From: Bugula neritina | Taxonomy: Eukaryota; Animalia; Bryozoa | Assembly (NCBI GenBank): GCA_964035545.1 | Contig: OZ037765.1 | Location: 2,232,001 to 2,296,000, forward strand | Reading direction: 5' to 3' | DNA length: 64,000 nucleotides | Part shown: positions 1-14,029 of the stretch, piece by piece | Layout of the letters: each line of letters starts with the position of its first letter | How positions within the stretch are numbered: the stretch's first letter is position 1 | The notes under the pieces: model-generated | What the model was told of the DNA's origin: nothing | The model's input: only the letters and a program-made list of their open reading frames with translations | Databases searched by the model: none | Made by a program: the position numbers and the translations under genes

Positions 1-993
1 GAACTAGCTACTAATTTAGGCACAACAACCATTTTGTAAGATTAGTTTTTTGGCAATAAAGAAATTCTATATATAACAATGATTGCAATTTTCACAAATC
101 ACAAGTTATAGAGACCTAAGATTCTGTCCAGATTACCAGGAGGTATAGGTCAAAGGTCAATACTGTTTTAGTGCATACTTAGTAGGTTATAAAAAATATT
201 TATACCAGAAAGTTGAAAATTGAAAAATAAAGTATCTTTATATCCCTTTGTTAAATAACGACCTCAGTTAATGACCTAAAAATTATGAGACTATAAAATA
301 ATTTTCAGCTGTTGGTTACACAGAATACAAGTGAGAATTTTAAGCATACACCACCCAGTTTTATAGAATAACAATTAATTTGTAAACGCAAGAAACTGAT
401 TTAACAATAAAACTCACAGCATGAAGTAGTGAGTTGATAGTGTAAAGTTGAGAGTGAATCAGATTTCTTAAATCTTTATTTACTTGACTTTGCTCTTTCA
501 TTTTGAGTTCTTATTCTTTCATCTTGTCTTCCAGTGACTTCAGTCTGTCTTCAAGTTCCTGAGTTTCCTTCTGGTGTAACTCTAGATTCTCTAGTCTGTC
601 TTCCAAACTCTGTATTTTACTCTGGAGTACTTCTGCATACTCTTTAAACTCTTCACTGGGCAGTACAGTCGCAGATGCATAGCCAAGTAAGGTACAGAGT
701 GCCAGCAAAACATGTGCTAAAATTTCAAAACACCACTGCCTACGTTTTGAGAGTATTCCGTAGTACTATTAGCCATCAAAGCTGTAATTTATGTTTAAAT
801 TTGATGATGAATATTTTCCAATATTGTACCTGAAGTAATATTCTAGTTAAATACTCATTAGTTGTTATAAATAATAATAGTAATTAATAAGCCAGGCATA
901 GCTTAGCATTCAGCAATAACAGAGCCACACATGTGACACATTACAAACTATCAGTATCTTATCTTCACCAAACGTAGCTGACTTCAAGTCCAT
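1..993 (-). pseudogene. Short-chain collagen C4-like copy 0 (only exons 1-2 in window), disabled
   Basis: Exon 1 at 993-978 is followed by CTACGT instead of the GTAGGT donor of the other copies; exon 2 has CAA>TAA at 513-511 (KMKE* vs KMKEQELK). Confidence 0.8.
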
Positions 994-1881
994 TTTGCAC
1001 CTCTGCTATTCATGCAGTGTTATGATTAGAGATTCATAATTTATTCAAATTATTTGTCCAAGAAGGCAATCAGAACGTGCTGCAAAACGTACAAAAGCTA
1101 CTTTCCTTAAATTGTTATTGATTAAATAAATGAATTTGATGATAAAGTTTCACATTTAACTGATAAACTAAAACTTAATTATTTTATTTTATATGCTTAC
1201 AAACCTTTTAATTATTTGCAATATTTGTATATTTAGTTCTATCTCTGTCTATTTATTTAAAATTATTTAGCTATATATTACTTTCTACTATAACATAGGC
1301 CTATAGTTAGTGCAGTCATCATGTTTATCCATCAAGTATTAGAAAACTAACTCAATTTCTATAATGTCAAAAACATGAGAAGTTTTTCTTTACAGTAAGT
1401 TTCTGAAATTATTTTTGCTAATGATGTTGAATACAATAATTTGTATTTTTCTTTTGTTAATTTTCCACAAAACGTTTATTTATTTTTTTCACAAGGTTTA
1501 TGATATGTTTATGCACTTTTGAATCATTCCCATTGTTGATTTGGTGTGGTGGGAGGTAGTAAGATTTTTTAAAACATGAGATTTTGTAATTTCTTATAAA
1601 GCTAATTAAAGTAGCAGACACAGTGATTGCATGGTAAAGCTTATTAAAACACATATTTTAAAACTATATTTTAGCTGTAGGTTAAAATAAGTTATTTCAC
1701 AAGGATATCATGAAATTTGAACTTTTAAAACTATTATCCCCCTCTCATTCACAATAAAAAGATAATATAAACTAATCTAAAACATAAATAAGTACAAACT
1801 TGTTCACCTATCATTGAATGTGATGTACAAGTCTTGACACCAAACAACATGACATAAAGCCTTTACAAGTCTTCACTGTAA

Positions 1882-3379
1882 CCCCCCCATTCACACTTAC
1901 AGTACCGTAGGCCGTAACATAAAACGTAAGCCATTTTTAATGCGTCCGGGCTGAAGTTTAAAAGTCCGCTAATAGGTAAAATATATGACATATTTCATTG
2001 GACAATTGTGTGTCAGCAATCCCTCGTGTGACGAGTATGATGTCTGCTTGCAAGCCCTAGTCTGTGCCGTAATCCGTAATCCGTTCCAGTTCGAAAATCC
2101 GTAAAATCCTACTAGAGGTTGTGAGCTCTGAGGTGACTCACAAGCCCAATTCGAGATCGGCATAATTTGCCACAGTGAGGACAAATGTTACTAGAGTCAG
2201 GCACTGGTGGGTGTGTAACAGAGCATAACTCCCTGCTTTTCCTTAACAACCGTTTGTGCTCTCGTTTTTGGCGTTGTTGTTGTTCAAAAATCGCTGTCCC
2301 TTGATGCACAACAGTTCTCCAATTTTTTCTGTCCAAGGCCTGAACTTCCCAGGTCTGTGGTCGAATAAAACACTGCTTAAGGCTCTCGTGTAGAGTGTCT
2401 TTATACCTTTTCCTCTGACCACCCTGTGAACGATTTCCAGTGTTCAGCTCAGAGTACATGATCTTTTTTGGTAGCCGGTTATCATCCATTCTTACCACAT
2501 GGCCAGACCACTTCAGTTGTCTCTTCACAATCATGGTAGTAATACTTGTAGTTTGCGCTTTATCGAGGACACTGTTAGTAGTCTGCCTGTCTTGCCATTT
2601 GACTCCGAGGATTCGCCTGAGACTGCGGTTGTGAAATTTCTCGAGGGGCAGCAGGTTGTGGCTGTAGGTTACCCAAGTTTCAGAAGCATAAAGTAGTGTC
2701 GGGAGAACAATGGCTTTGTATACTTTTAGTTTGGTCTGTCTGTATATATCCTTGTTGTTGAAAACGCGTGTTTGCAGCCTCCCAAATGCGGAGCTGGCGG
2801 CCTGGAGTCTTCGGTTTATTTCAGCATCAATGTTTGCTTTAGAGGATAGGCAGCTACCTAAATAGTTGAAGGTAGTGACTTGGTCTAATATTTGGTCTCC
2901 CACCTTGAGGGAAAAATCCTCATGTCTTTCAGTATTTGGGTGTGGTTGGTACATTACTTGCGTCTTCTTGGCATTGAGTGTTAGACCAAGAGAGGTGTAT
3001 GCTGTATTGAATGCTGTGAGAGCAAGTTGAAGTTCCTCCTCGGAATGAGCCATGATCATGTTATCATCAGCATACTGCAGTTCATGGATAGCCTCGGTAG
3101 CTGTCTTCGTCTTAGCTCTGAGACGTCTGACATTGAAAATATCATTAAATCTATATCTGATTCTTACTCCAGGTGGCATACATTCACTCACTAGTTGAAG
3201 TACAGCAGTGAGTAAACACAAAGGTGTTTTTGCCCAATATAGGAGCCCGCCCAAAAATTGTTGAATTGAGCAGTGCTTGATCCTACCGCACCGCAACGCC
3301 GTAAAGGAAGCTCAGACATTTGTAAGAATGGCTGATATTTGCTGTTACGGCCTACGGTACAATAAGTGTGAATGAGGGG
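1882..3379. mobile_element. Non-autonomous PIF/Harbinger-like TIR element (MITE) containing a LINE fragment
   Basis: TIRs CCCCyCATTCACACTTA..GTACCGTAGGCCGTAACA at both ends; TAA duplicated on both sides (1879-1881, 3380-3382); the other array units show the empty site cactgTAAgagttg. Confidence 0.85.
2010..3210 (-). mobile_element. 5'-truncated RTE-clade LINE (reverse transcriptase C-terminal half plus C2H2 zinc finger)
   Basis: Uninterrupted ORF ending at 2112 with ELQYADD, FNYLGS, YKAIVLPTLLYASETW, RQLKWSGHVVRM and CPHCGKLC...HLRAH, all typical of RTE/BovB-type ORFs; boundaries approximate. Confidence 0.9.
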
Positions 3380-3974
3380 TAAGCGATGATTTAGTTGAAC
3401 TCTAGAAGGAAGTATGTTGGTATTTGATAAGTAAAGAGAAGAGATTGTATCTCTATACAGCTTTCTGTGTTTGCATATTATGTTTGATGTAACTACTATT
3501 GTAAATACCATATCTATGTCAGTTGCCCATTTGAATTGTATGGCTTTTTTTTTTATTTATAAGCAATGCAATTAAATTAAATATCAGGTATTTCTTTTAT
3601 AGTTGGAACACATTCAATGTAGCAACACATCTACTTTGTATGTATAATTCTGCTGCTGTTAAAGATATTTAGTTACTGAAAAGATAGCTATTAAATCCAA
3701 CAACCTGAATATAGCATCTACTACAAGTTAAAGATAACCATATCACATTGAATAAAGAATTATTGAGTGCTTCTCCTAACTTTTACAATGTACTTGATAT
3801 ATTGAGGCCAATAATGATGATGATATCATATTGAATAAAGACTTATCAATTGCACTTCTCCTAACTTTAATCTCTTTACTTTTTATTTGATTACGAGATG
3901 AAACTATCTGCATTTACAAAGTACTCAATATTGAAGCTAACCAGAAAAGTTTTCAGAGCTTACATCATAAAGGT

Positions 3975-4065
3975 TTTGCTCCCCCCACCCCACTGGAATT
4001 CGAACTGAAGACCTCTGGCTTGCAAGTAGGGCAGGTTGCTAAGCATTATACCACAGAGACTACTG
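3975..4065 (-). mobile_element. tRNA-derived SINE family A; equivalent copies in other units at ~8690-8775, 13385-13470, 18140-18220 and 18505-18580
   Basis: Reverse complement shows A-box TGGTATAATGC and B-box GTTCGAATT, ending GGGAGCAAAA; homologous to 33945-34020 and 30293-30368. Confidence 0.65.
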
Positions 4066-4610
4066 CGTAACCTCAACACTGGGTTCAAATTCTAGTGGGA
4101 GCAAATAATTACAGGCCAGGTTGCTTTTATAAAAAACATGATTCAATTAAGTAAAGCTGTCTGATTTTATCAGCAAGCATATGGAAATAGCACATCAGTA
4201 GACTTTGTCGATTGAGTGGAGAAGCTAGAACTTGTAACAGCCCTGGTTGAATAAAGTACAGCTGAAAACTGCAAAAGACCTGCTATAAGTACACAGAAAA
4301 GATGTGGAAAATTCTGAAAGGCAAACAAAATGTTTGTAAAAACAATAAAGCTTTATTGTTTATAACATTTTTAATAAGAAAGACCAAAGTTCGCACTTTT
4401 TAGAAATTATTCAATTTTAGCAACATTAGTGTGGTTAGTATAATTCTATCACAGTATTTCAAGGTTTTAATGATAGGCTCAGTGAGCAGCTGTTTGAAGT
4501 ATTACCTTTAGCAAAATGTCAGATTATTTAAAGATAGAAAGTCTGAGTAAAACTGGGGTTGATAGGTTAACCTTTAAGAAAACTCATCAATAGAGTTTCC
4601 TTTAGCAAAG

Positions 4611-7547
4611 TTATTTAGTGCAGACTACACAAGTCAGCTGTTTATTGGCCTCATATGGTGGGCATTGCCCTGTAGTGCCGGTTCCAGAGCAGTCAGTTCT
4701 TACAAAATAGAACAAAGCTCCGTTAGTATCTGCCTCCATTCCTCTGAGGTGTTCTGGCTTAGCATCCACACACTCGTAGGTGGTAGGGTGAGGATGGTTA
4801 TAGTGATTAGTCATCAAGTAGCCTGCAAACAAAGTTTCATATATATAGTAATTCAAAGAATACCTCTATATAGTTTTATTGAGTTGTTAATGTTTCAAGA
4901 ATAATTGTATGATTGTAAGTTTCTGTAAAAGAAAATAGCAGAAGGTAACGCAATAAAAGCGTTTAGGTTTAGCTTTTAGTAAAAAATTGTTATTGAATTT
5001 TCCTTTTGTTTTGTACATTATCGCACTCAATTTTGCAAACTAATTTTTATCAATGGATGAAAATAAATGAATAAAATAAACAAAATATAATCATTGCAGC
5101 TAGTTTCCATCATCACTAGCTTGTTTCACGTAACTTGTTTATTGAGAATAAATTCAAATTTAGTCTTATATGTGTTTCAAAAGATCACACATTTTGGGGT
5201 TTTTTCAGTTTAATAATTTTAGTGTTTAGAGATATTTTAAAATATGTTATCAATATTCTTAAACTCCAACAATTATTAAAAATATTTATTCAAATTACCT
5301 TCATATTCTTCAGTCCATTTAGCTGGACATTGCCTTTTAGCTGGAATCATAACAACAGCAGATCTGGTTTTAGTGTAGCATCTGGCACATGGTACATTCT
5401 GATTATAAGTTGAATCAGGAAATATTCCTGTAGCTGTTACAAGTTCATATTCACTTCCAGTTATCCAATCACCCCACCAGGTTGCACTTCCAGTATAGTA
5501 TTTGTTGTACTGAGGATCTTTAAGAGGTAGACATTGGTAGTTGACTCCACCTCCAGTGTGAGTGTAATAAGAACCTCCAGCAAATCCTGAAATGAGAGAA
5601 CATGTAAACACTATCACTCTGTCATAAAGATTTCTTCATATTCAACTTACAATAATATGTACATGCCTTACAATACCTTCATAAAGTGTGACTGAAACAC
5701 TTTCACAAGTACGTCTCCCCCATCTGGTGTACACAGCTCCACTTTCAACCACAGATGTAGCTCCTGGAGGTCCAGGAACACCACGTATTCCTTGGACACC
5801 AGAAGCCCCTTTAGTTCCTTTTATACCATCATTGCCTTTAGCTCCTTTAGCTCCATCTACTCCCCTGTTTCCTTTAGTACCTGGTAAACCAGAAGGTCCT
5901 GTAGCTCCATCAGTTCCCTGCTCACCAATAGCCCCCTCTTCTCCCTTTGGACCTGGTAAACCAGGCAAACCTTGAGATCCAAATGCTCCTTTATCTCCCT
6001 TCTGTCCTGGAAATCCATCTATTCCTGTAGAAAGACTTTATTTGAGTATTTTTATACTGTCTCTTAGTTATTTGTTTACTGTCTCCTAGTTAGATGTTTT
6101 GCCAACAAAGTCACTGTGCAGTTTATTGTAAGCATTGAGTTACCAGAGCAGATGTATGCTTGTGAAATAAAATAAAGATACTGCATCAACTCTGTCTGTA
6201 ATACATGACTCACCATCTCTACCATCTCTGCCATTTACACCATCTTTTCCATTCTCTCCATCTTTTCCAGAAACTCCTCTGACTCCTTGAAATAACAGGA
6301 ATGTAAAATTTTGTTATTGTTAACTATTCCGAACTGACTTAGTTTAAATAGAACTCTTTCTCTATTTCTTACCACTTAAGAGTTATCACCTACCAAAAAT
6401 ACAAATCTGATTTAGTAATTTGGCCGTATCTTCATCATAACTGACTTCTAAGTCATCTGCTTCAGGTAGTTGTCCATTAAGTAGCTGCAAGATAGTCAGT
6501 AACAAGTAAAGACTCATTTTTAAAGTAACAATTATAGCTGCATGTGACGAAGAATTTCAAGTGCCTCAAGTCCATGCTACTAACATGACTTTATGCACAA
6601 ACGGCATTTTGTAAAATTTATAGGTTCTTAGACAATAATAAGTAGACTGCAAATCTTTCTATCAAGAATAAACCCAGGATTCTCTTGAGGTTACCAAGAG
6701 GTAGATATCAAAGGTCAACTTAGTAATGAAACATATTTATAGTGATTAGTTGAAGATAAAAAACAAATTGTCTTTATATTTCCTTATAATAAATGACCAG
6801 TGAGGGACTTAATTGCAGTATTCCAAGACGTATTATTTGTCAAACAATAATAGTTTTCAGCTGTTGGTTACATAGTATACAAAGTGAGGGTTTTAGGCAG
6901 ACACCACCCAGTTTTATAGAATAACTATTAATTTGTAAATGCAAGAAGCTGATTTAACAATAAAACTCACAGCATGAAGTAGTGAGTTGATAGTGTGATG
7001 TTGAGAGTGAATCAGATTTCTTAAATCTTCATTTACTTGACTCTGCTCTTTTATTTTGAGTTCTTGTTCTTCCATCTTGTCTTCCAGTGACTTCAGTCTG
7101 TCTTCAAGTTTCTGAGTTTCCTTCTGGTGTAACTCTAGACTCTCTAGTCTGTCTTCCAAACTCTGTATTTTACTCTGGAGATCTTCTGCATACTCTTTAA
7201 ACTCTTCACTGGGCAGCACAGTGGCACATGCATGGCCAAGTAGGGTACAGAGTGCCAGCAAAACATGTGCTAAAATTTCAAAAGATTACTGCTTAGTTTC
7301 ATATATATTTTTTGTTGATTTTTAGCCATCAAGGCTGCAATTTATGTTCAAACTTGATAATGAATGTTTTCCAATATTACACCTGATTAATATTCTAGTT
7401 AAATACTTATTATAGTTGTTATAAATAATAATAGTAATTAATAAGCCAGGCATAGCTTAGCATTCAGCAATAGCAGAGCCACACATGTGACACATTACAA
7501 ACTATCAGTATCTTATATTCACTAAACCTACCTGACTTCAAGTCCAT
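4611..7547 (-). CDS. Short-chain collagen C4-like protein, copy 1 (signal peptide, coiled coil, 38 Gly-X-Y triplets, spongin/collagen-IV-type NC1-like domain), 7 coding exons
   Basis: Exon 1 (7547-7532, MDLKS) splices to exon 2 (7269-6971, AHVLLALCTLLG...); GXY exons follow; C-terminal motifs YTRWG..C, GGGVNYQCLP, VPCARC, IPAKRQCP..W..EYEGYLM, CPPY...LTCVVCTK; all GT-AG and phase-consistent. Confidence 0.9.
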
Positions 7548-9323
7548 CTTCACCTCTGCTATGCAGTGTTATGATTAGAAATTCAGAATTTATTTAAATT
7601 ATTTGTTCAAGAAGCCAATCAGGTGCTGCAAAACACAAAAGCTACTTTTACCTTCCTATTAAATGAATGAATGATTCATCTCTAATTCATCTCTAATTAT
7701 TTACTCTTGTACTAGAAAGCTAACTCAACTCCTTTGCTCGAAGCAAGGAGAGTGTTGTTTTTCAGTATTCTTTTTTTAATAATATTAAATATAATTATTT
7801 ATATTGCATTTTTCCCATTTTCCACAAAAAGTTAATTTTTTATTTATAGGTTCATGTTATGTTTATGTGCATTTAAATTATATGTAGTCTTGCCATTGGT
7901 GCTTTGGTGTGTTCCACAAGGTGGTGAGATAAGATTTCTTAAAACATCAAGTTTTATAATTTTTAAAACTAATAAAAATAAGCAGACACAGTGACTGCAT
8001 GGTAAAGCTTATTAAAACACATTTTATCTGTAGTTTAAAAGAATTTATTTCACAAGAATATCATGAAATTTGAAATTTTAAAGCTATCATATCCTTCCAT
8101 CCACAATATAAAGATAATCTAAACTAATTTAAATAACGTAAATAAATGCAAGCTTTTTCATCTGCCGTTAAATGTGATGTTAAATTCTTGACACCACCAT
8201 CTTTACAAGTCTTCACTGTAAGAGTTGACTTGATTGAACTTTAGAAGGAAGTATGTTGGTATTTGATGAGTAAAAAGAAGAGATTGTATCTCTATACAGC
8301 TCTGTGTGTTTGTATATTATGTTTGATATAACTACTATTGCAAATACTATTTCTTCAAAACTTGTTCATTTGAATTGTATAATGTTTTCTTTATTTTATT
8401 TATAAGCAATGCAATTAAATTAAATATCATGTATTTCTTTTATAGTTGCAACGCATTCAATGCAGCAACACATCTACTTTGTATGTATAATTGTGCTGCT
8501 GTTGAAGATATTTAGTTACTGAAAAGGTGGCTATTAAATTCAACAACCTAAATATAGCATCTACTCCAAGTTGCAGATAATCATATCGCATTGAATAAAG
8601 ACTTATTATAAGTGCTCCTCCTAACTTTTACAAAGTACTTGATATTGAGGCCAAATAGAAATGTTTTCAGAACTTACATCATAAAAATTTTGCTCCCCCA
8701 TCCCACTGGGATTCAAACCCGAGACCCCTGGCTTGCAAGAAGCATGCTAAGCATTAAACCGCAGAGATTACTGGGTAACCCCAACACTGGGTTCAAACTC
8801 CAGTGGGAGCAAATGTTTACAAGCTAGGTTGCGTTTAGGAAACTTGATTCAATCAAGTATTTTATCAGCAATAATATGGAAATAGCACATCAGGAGACCT
8901 GGCTGATTGAGTGGAGAAGCTAGAATCTTCTCTACAGAAAGTAAGCGAGTGTTTTGTGGTGGTTGAATAAAGTACAGCTACAAACTGCAGAAGAACTAAT
9001 ATAAGTACACAGACATGGTGGAGAGATTTCTGAAAGATAAACAAAATGTTTGTAAAAACGATAATGTTTCATTGTTCATTACATTTTTAATAAGAAAGAC
9101 AGAAGTTTGCACTTTTTAGAAATTATTTAATTTTAGCAACATTAGTGTGGTTAGTAATTCTATCACAGTATTTTAAGTTTTAATGATAGGTTTAGTAAGC
9201 AGCTGTTTGAAGTTTTCCTTTAACAAAATGTCAGATTGTTTAAAGATAGAAAGTCTGAGGAAAACTGGGGGTTGATAGGCTAACCTATAAGAAAACTCAT
9301 CAATAGAGTTTCCTTTAGCAAAG

Positions 9324-12213
9324 TTATTTTGTGCAGACGACACAAGTCAGCTGTTTATTGGCCTTATAAGGTGGACATTGCCCTGTGGTGCCATCTCCAG
9401 AGCAGTCAGTTCTTACAAAATAGAACAAAGCTCCGTTAGTATTTCCTTCCATTCCTCTGAGGTGTTCTGGCTCAACATTCACACACTCGTAGGTGGTAGG
9501 GTGAGCATGGTTGTAGTGACTGGTCATCAAGTAGCCTGCAAACAAAGTTTCATACAGTATACTGATTCAAGAAATACCTATATAGTTTTATTGAGTTGTT
9601 AATGTTTCAAGAATAATTGTATGATTGTAGGTTTCTATAAAAGAAAATAACAGAAGTTGACGAAATATAAATGTTTAGGTTTAGCTTTTAGTAAAAGATT
9701 TTTATATATTTTTTCAATTATTGTACATTGTCACACTGCAAATTAATTTTTATCAGTGAATCAAAATAGATGAATGAAATAAACTCAATAAATAAAATTA
9801 ATGATGAATATAATTAGCTAGTTTCCATCAGCACTGGACTGTTTCATGTAGCTTTTTTATTGAGGATAAGTTCAAATTTAGTCTTGAGTGTTTCAAAAAA
9901 TCACATCTTTGGTTTTTTTTCAGTTTAATAATTTTAGTGCTTAGATATATTTTAAAAGATGTTATCAATATTCTTAAATTCAAACAATTAAAGATTATTC
10001 ATTCAATGTACCTTCATATTCTTTAGTCCACTTAGCTGGACATTGCCTTTTAGCTGGAATCATTACAACAGCAGACCTGGTTTTAGTGTAGCATCTGGCG
10101 CATGGTACATTCTGATTAAAAGTTGAATCAGGAAAGATATCTTGATGTGTTCCAGATTCATATTCAACTCCACCTATCCAATCACCCCACCAGGTTGCAC
10201 TTCCAGTATAGTATTTGTTGTACTGGGGGTCTTTAAGAGGTAGACATTGGTAGTTGACTCCACCCCCAGTGTGAGTGTGATAAGAACCTCCAGCAAATCC
10301 TGAAATGAGAGAACATAAAAACACTATCACTCTGTCCTAATGGTTCCCATATATTTAACATACAATAACGTGTACATGCTTTACAATACCTTCATAAAGT
10401 GTGACTGAAACACTTTCACAAGTGTGTCTGCCCCATCTGGTGTACACAGCTCCACTTTCAACCACAGATGTAGCGCCTGGAAGTCCAGGAACACCACGTA
10501 TTCCTTGGACACCACTGGCCCCTTTAGTACCTTTTATACCATCATTGCCTTTAGCTCCTTTAGCTCCATCTACTCCCCTGTTTCCTTTAGTACCTGGTAA
10601 ACCAGGCAAACCTTGAAATCCAAATGCTCCTTTATCTCCCTTCTGTCCTGGAAATCCATCTCTTCCTGTAGAATGATTTTACTTGAGTATTTTATACTGT
10701 CTCTTACTAATTTGTTTACTGTCTCCTAGTTAGATGTTTACTGACTTCCAGTTATCTGTTTTGCCAACAAAGTCACTGCGCAGTTTATTGTAAGCATTGA
10801 GTTACCAGAGCATATGTATGCTTGTGAAATAAAATACAGATACTGTATCAAATCTGTCAGTAATACATGACTCACCATCTCTACCATCTCTGCCATTTAC
10901 ACCATCTTTTCCATACTCTCCATCTTTTCCAGAAACTCCTCTGACTCCTTAAAATAACAGGAATTTATGGAATATTTTGTTATCGCTAACTATTCGAAAC
11001 TGACTTAGTTTAAATGGAACTCTTTCTCTATTTCTTACCACTTAAGAGTTATCACCTACCAAAAATACAAATCTGATTTAGTAATTTGGCCGTATCTTCA
11101 TCATAACTGACTTCTAAGTCATCTGCTTCAGGTAGTTGTCCATTGAGTAGCTGCAAGATAGTCAGTAACGAGTAAAGACTCTATTTCTAAAGTAACAATT
11201 ATATCTGTATGTGATGGAGAATTTCAAGTGCCTCAAGTCCATGCTACTAACATGACTTTATGCACAAACGGCATTTTGTAAAATTTATAGGTTCTTAGAC
11301 AATAGTAAGTGGACTGCAAACCTTTCTATCAAGAATGAACCCAGGATTCTCTTGAGGTTACCAAGAGGTAGAGATCAAAGGTCAACTTAGTAATAAAACA
11401 TATTTATACTGATTAGTTGAAGATTAAAAACAAATTATCTTTATATTTCCTTATAATAAATGACTAGTGCGAGGGACTTGCAGTATTCCAAGAGGTATTA
11501 GCTATCAAACAATAATACTTGTTATCTGTTGGTTCTACAGCATAAAAAAGGAGAATTTTCGGCAGAGACAATCCTGTTTTATAGAATAACAATTAATTTG
11601 TAAACGCAAGAAACTGATTTAACAATAAAACTCACAGCTTGAAGTAGTGAGTTTATAGTGTGACGTTGAGAGTGAATCAGATTTCTTAAATCTTCATTTA
11701 CTTGACTTTGCTCTTTCATTTTGAGCTCTTGCTCTTTCATCTTGTCTTCCAGTGACTTCAGTCTGTCTTCAAGTTCCTGAGTTTCTTTCTGGTGTAACTC
11801 TAGACTCTCTAATCTGTCTTCCAAACTTTGTATTTTACTCTGGAGAACTTCTGCATACTCTTTAAACTCTTCACTTGGCAGCACAGTACCAGATGCATAG
11901 CCAAGTAGGGTACAGAGTGCCAGCAAAACAGGTGCTAAAATTTCAAAAGATTAAACTGCTTAGTTTTATATATATTTTTTGTTGCTTTTTAGCCATCAAA
12001 GCTGTAATTTATGTTTAAATTTGATAACGAATATTTTCCAATATTACACCTGATAAAATATTCTAGTTAAATACTCATTAGTTGTTATAAATAATAATAG
12101 TAATTAATAAGCCAGGCATAGCTTAGCATTCAGCAATAACAGAGCCACACATGTGACACATTGCAAACTATCAGTATCTTATCTTCACTAAACCTACCTG
12201 ACTTCAAGTCCAT
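9324..12213 (-). CDS. Short-chain collagen C4-like protein, copy 2 (30 triplets)
   Basis: Same 7-exon structure, intact splice sites, 72 bp shorter exon 5 in frame. Confidence 0.9.
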
Positions 12214-14029
12214 CTTCACTTCTGCTATGCATGCAGTGTTATGATTAGAAATTCAGAATTTATTTAACTTATTTGTTCAAAAAGCCAATCAGGTGATGCA
12301 AAGCACAAAAGCTAATGTTTCTATTTGCTATGGAGTGAATGAATGAATTTTTGTGTTTATAAAGCTCACATTTACATCATACACCAAATCTCCCCTTTTA
12401 AATTGCAAGGGTTGGCCAACATCCCAACTATATTTACAATATATCTATTTTGAAGTTCTGTCTCTGATAACAAGTATTCTCACTTATATAGCTATGAAAT
12501 GCATTTTACTATTCTCTAATGATGTTGAATCCAATTTTTCATACTGGGTTTTTTCAACTTTCCAGATAAATTTTGTTGTTTTTAACAATATTGTACTTTT
12601 GAATTGCATGTAATCTTGCCACTGTTGCTTAATGGTGTGGTTTGATGTAATAATATTTCTTAAAACATAAAGTTTTGTAATTTCTAGAACGAATAAAAGT
12701 AGCAGACACAGTGACCGAATTACGAAACTTATTGAACTACATATTAGCTGTATATAGTCTAATTTATTTCACAAAAATATAATATCATATCCTTCCATTC
12801 ACAAAAAAAAGATAATATAAAATAATTGAAAACTTGAATGAATGCAAACTTATTAACCTATCATTGAATGTGATGTACAAATCTCGACACTACATAAAGC
12901 CTTTACACGTCTTCACTGTAAGAGTTGACTTGGTTGAACTCTAGAAGGAAGTGTGTTGGTATTTGGTAAGTAAAGAGAAGAGATGGTATCTCTATACAGC
13001 TTTGTGCGTTTGCATATTATGTTTGATATAACTACTATTGTAAATACCATATCTATGTCAATTGTCTATTTGAATTGTATAGCTTTTTTATTTTATTTAT
13101 AAGCAATGCAATTGAATTAAATATCAGGTATTTCTTTTATAGTTGGAACACATTCAATGCAGCAACACATCTACTTTGTATGTATAAATGTGCTCTTGTT
13201 GAAGATATTTAGTTACTGAAAAGATAGCTATTAAATCCAACAACCTAAATATAGCATCTACTCCAAGTTGCAAATAACCATATCACATTGAATAAAGACT
13301 TATCAAGTGCTTCTCTTAACTTTTACAAAGTACTTGATATTGAGGCCAAATAGAAATGTTTTCAGAACTTACATCATAAAACTTTTGCTCCCCCCCCCCC
13401 ACTGGGATTAAAACCGGAGACCCCTGGCTTGCAAGAAGCATGCTAAGCATATTATACCACAGAGATTACTGCGTAACCTCAACACTGGGTTCAAATTCCA
13501 GTAGGAGCAAATGTTTACAAGCTAGGTTGCTTTTAGGAAACTTGATTCAATCATGTATTTTATCAGCAATAATATGGAAATAGCACATCAGTAGACTTTA
13601 CTGATTGAGAGGAGAAGCTGGAACTTGCTCTACACAAGGTGAGTGAGTGTTTTTTGGTGGTTGGATAAAGTACAGCTACAAACTGCAGAAGAACTAATAT
13701 AAGTACACAGACATGGTGGGGAGAATTCTGAAAGATAAACAAAATGTTCGTAAAAACGATAATGCTTTATTGTTTATTACATTTTTAATAAGAAAGACAG
13801 AAGTTATTGCACTTTTTAGAAATTATTTAATTTTAGCAACAGTAGTGTGGTTAGTAATTCTATCACGGTATTTCAAGTTTTTAATGATAGGCTCAGTAAG
13901 CAGCTGTTTGAAGTTTCCCTTTTTAACAAAATTTCAGATTGTTTAAAGATTGAAAGTCTGCGTAAAACTGGAGGTTGATAGGTTAATCTATAATAAAACT
14001 CATCAATAGAGTTTCCTTAATTAGCAAAG

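Noticed and set aside
5688-5975. Pro-rich plus-strand ORFs here and at 10401, 15095, 20534 (also 4665, 9378, 14084, 19353)
   Set aside because: Antisense shadows of the collagen exons
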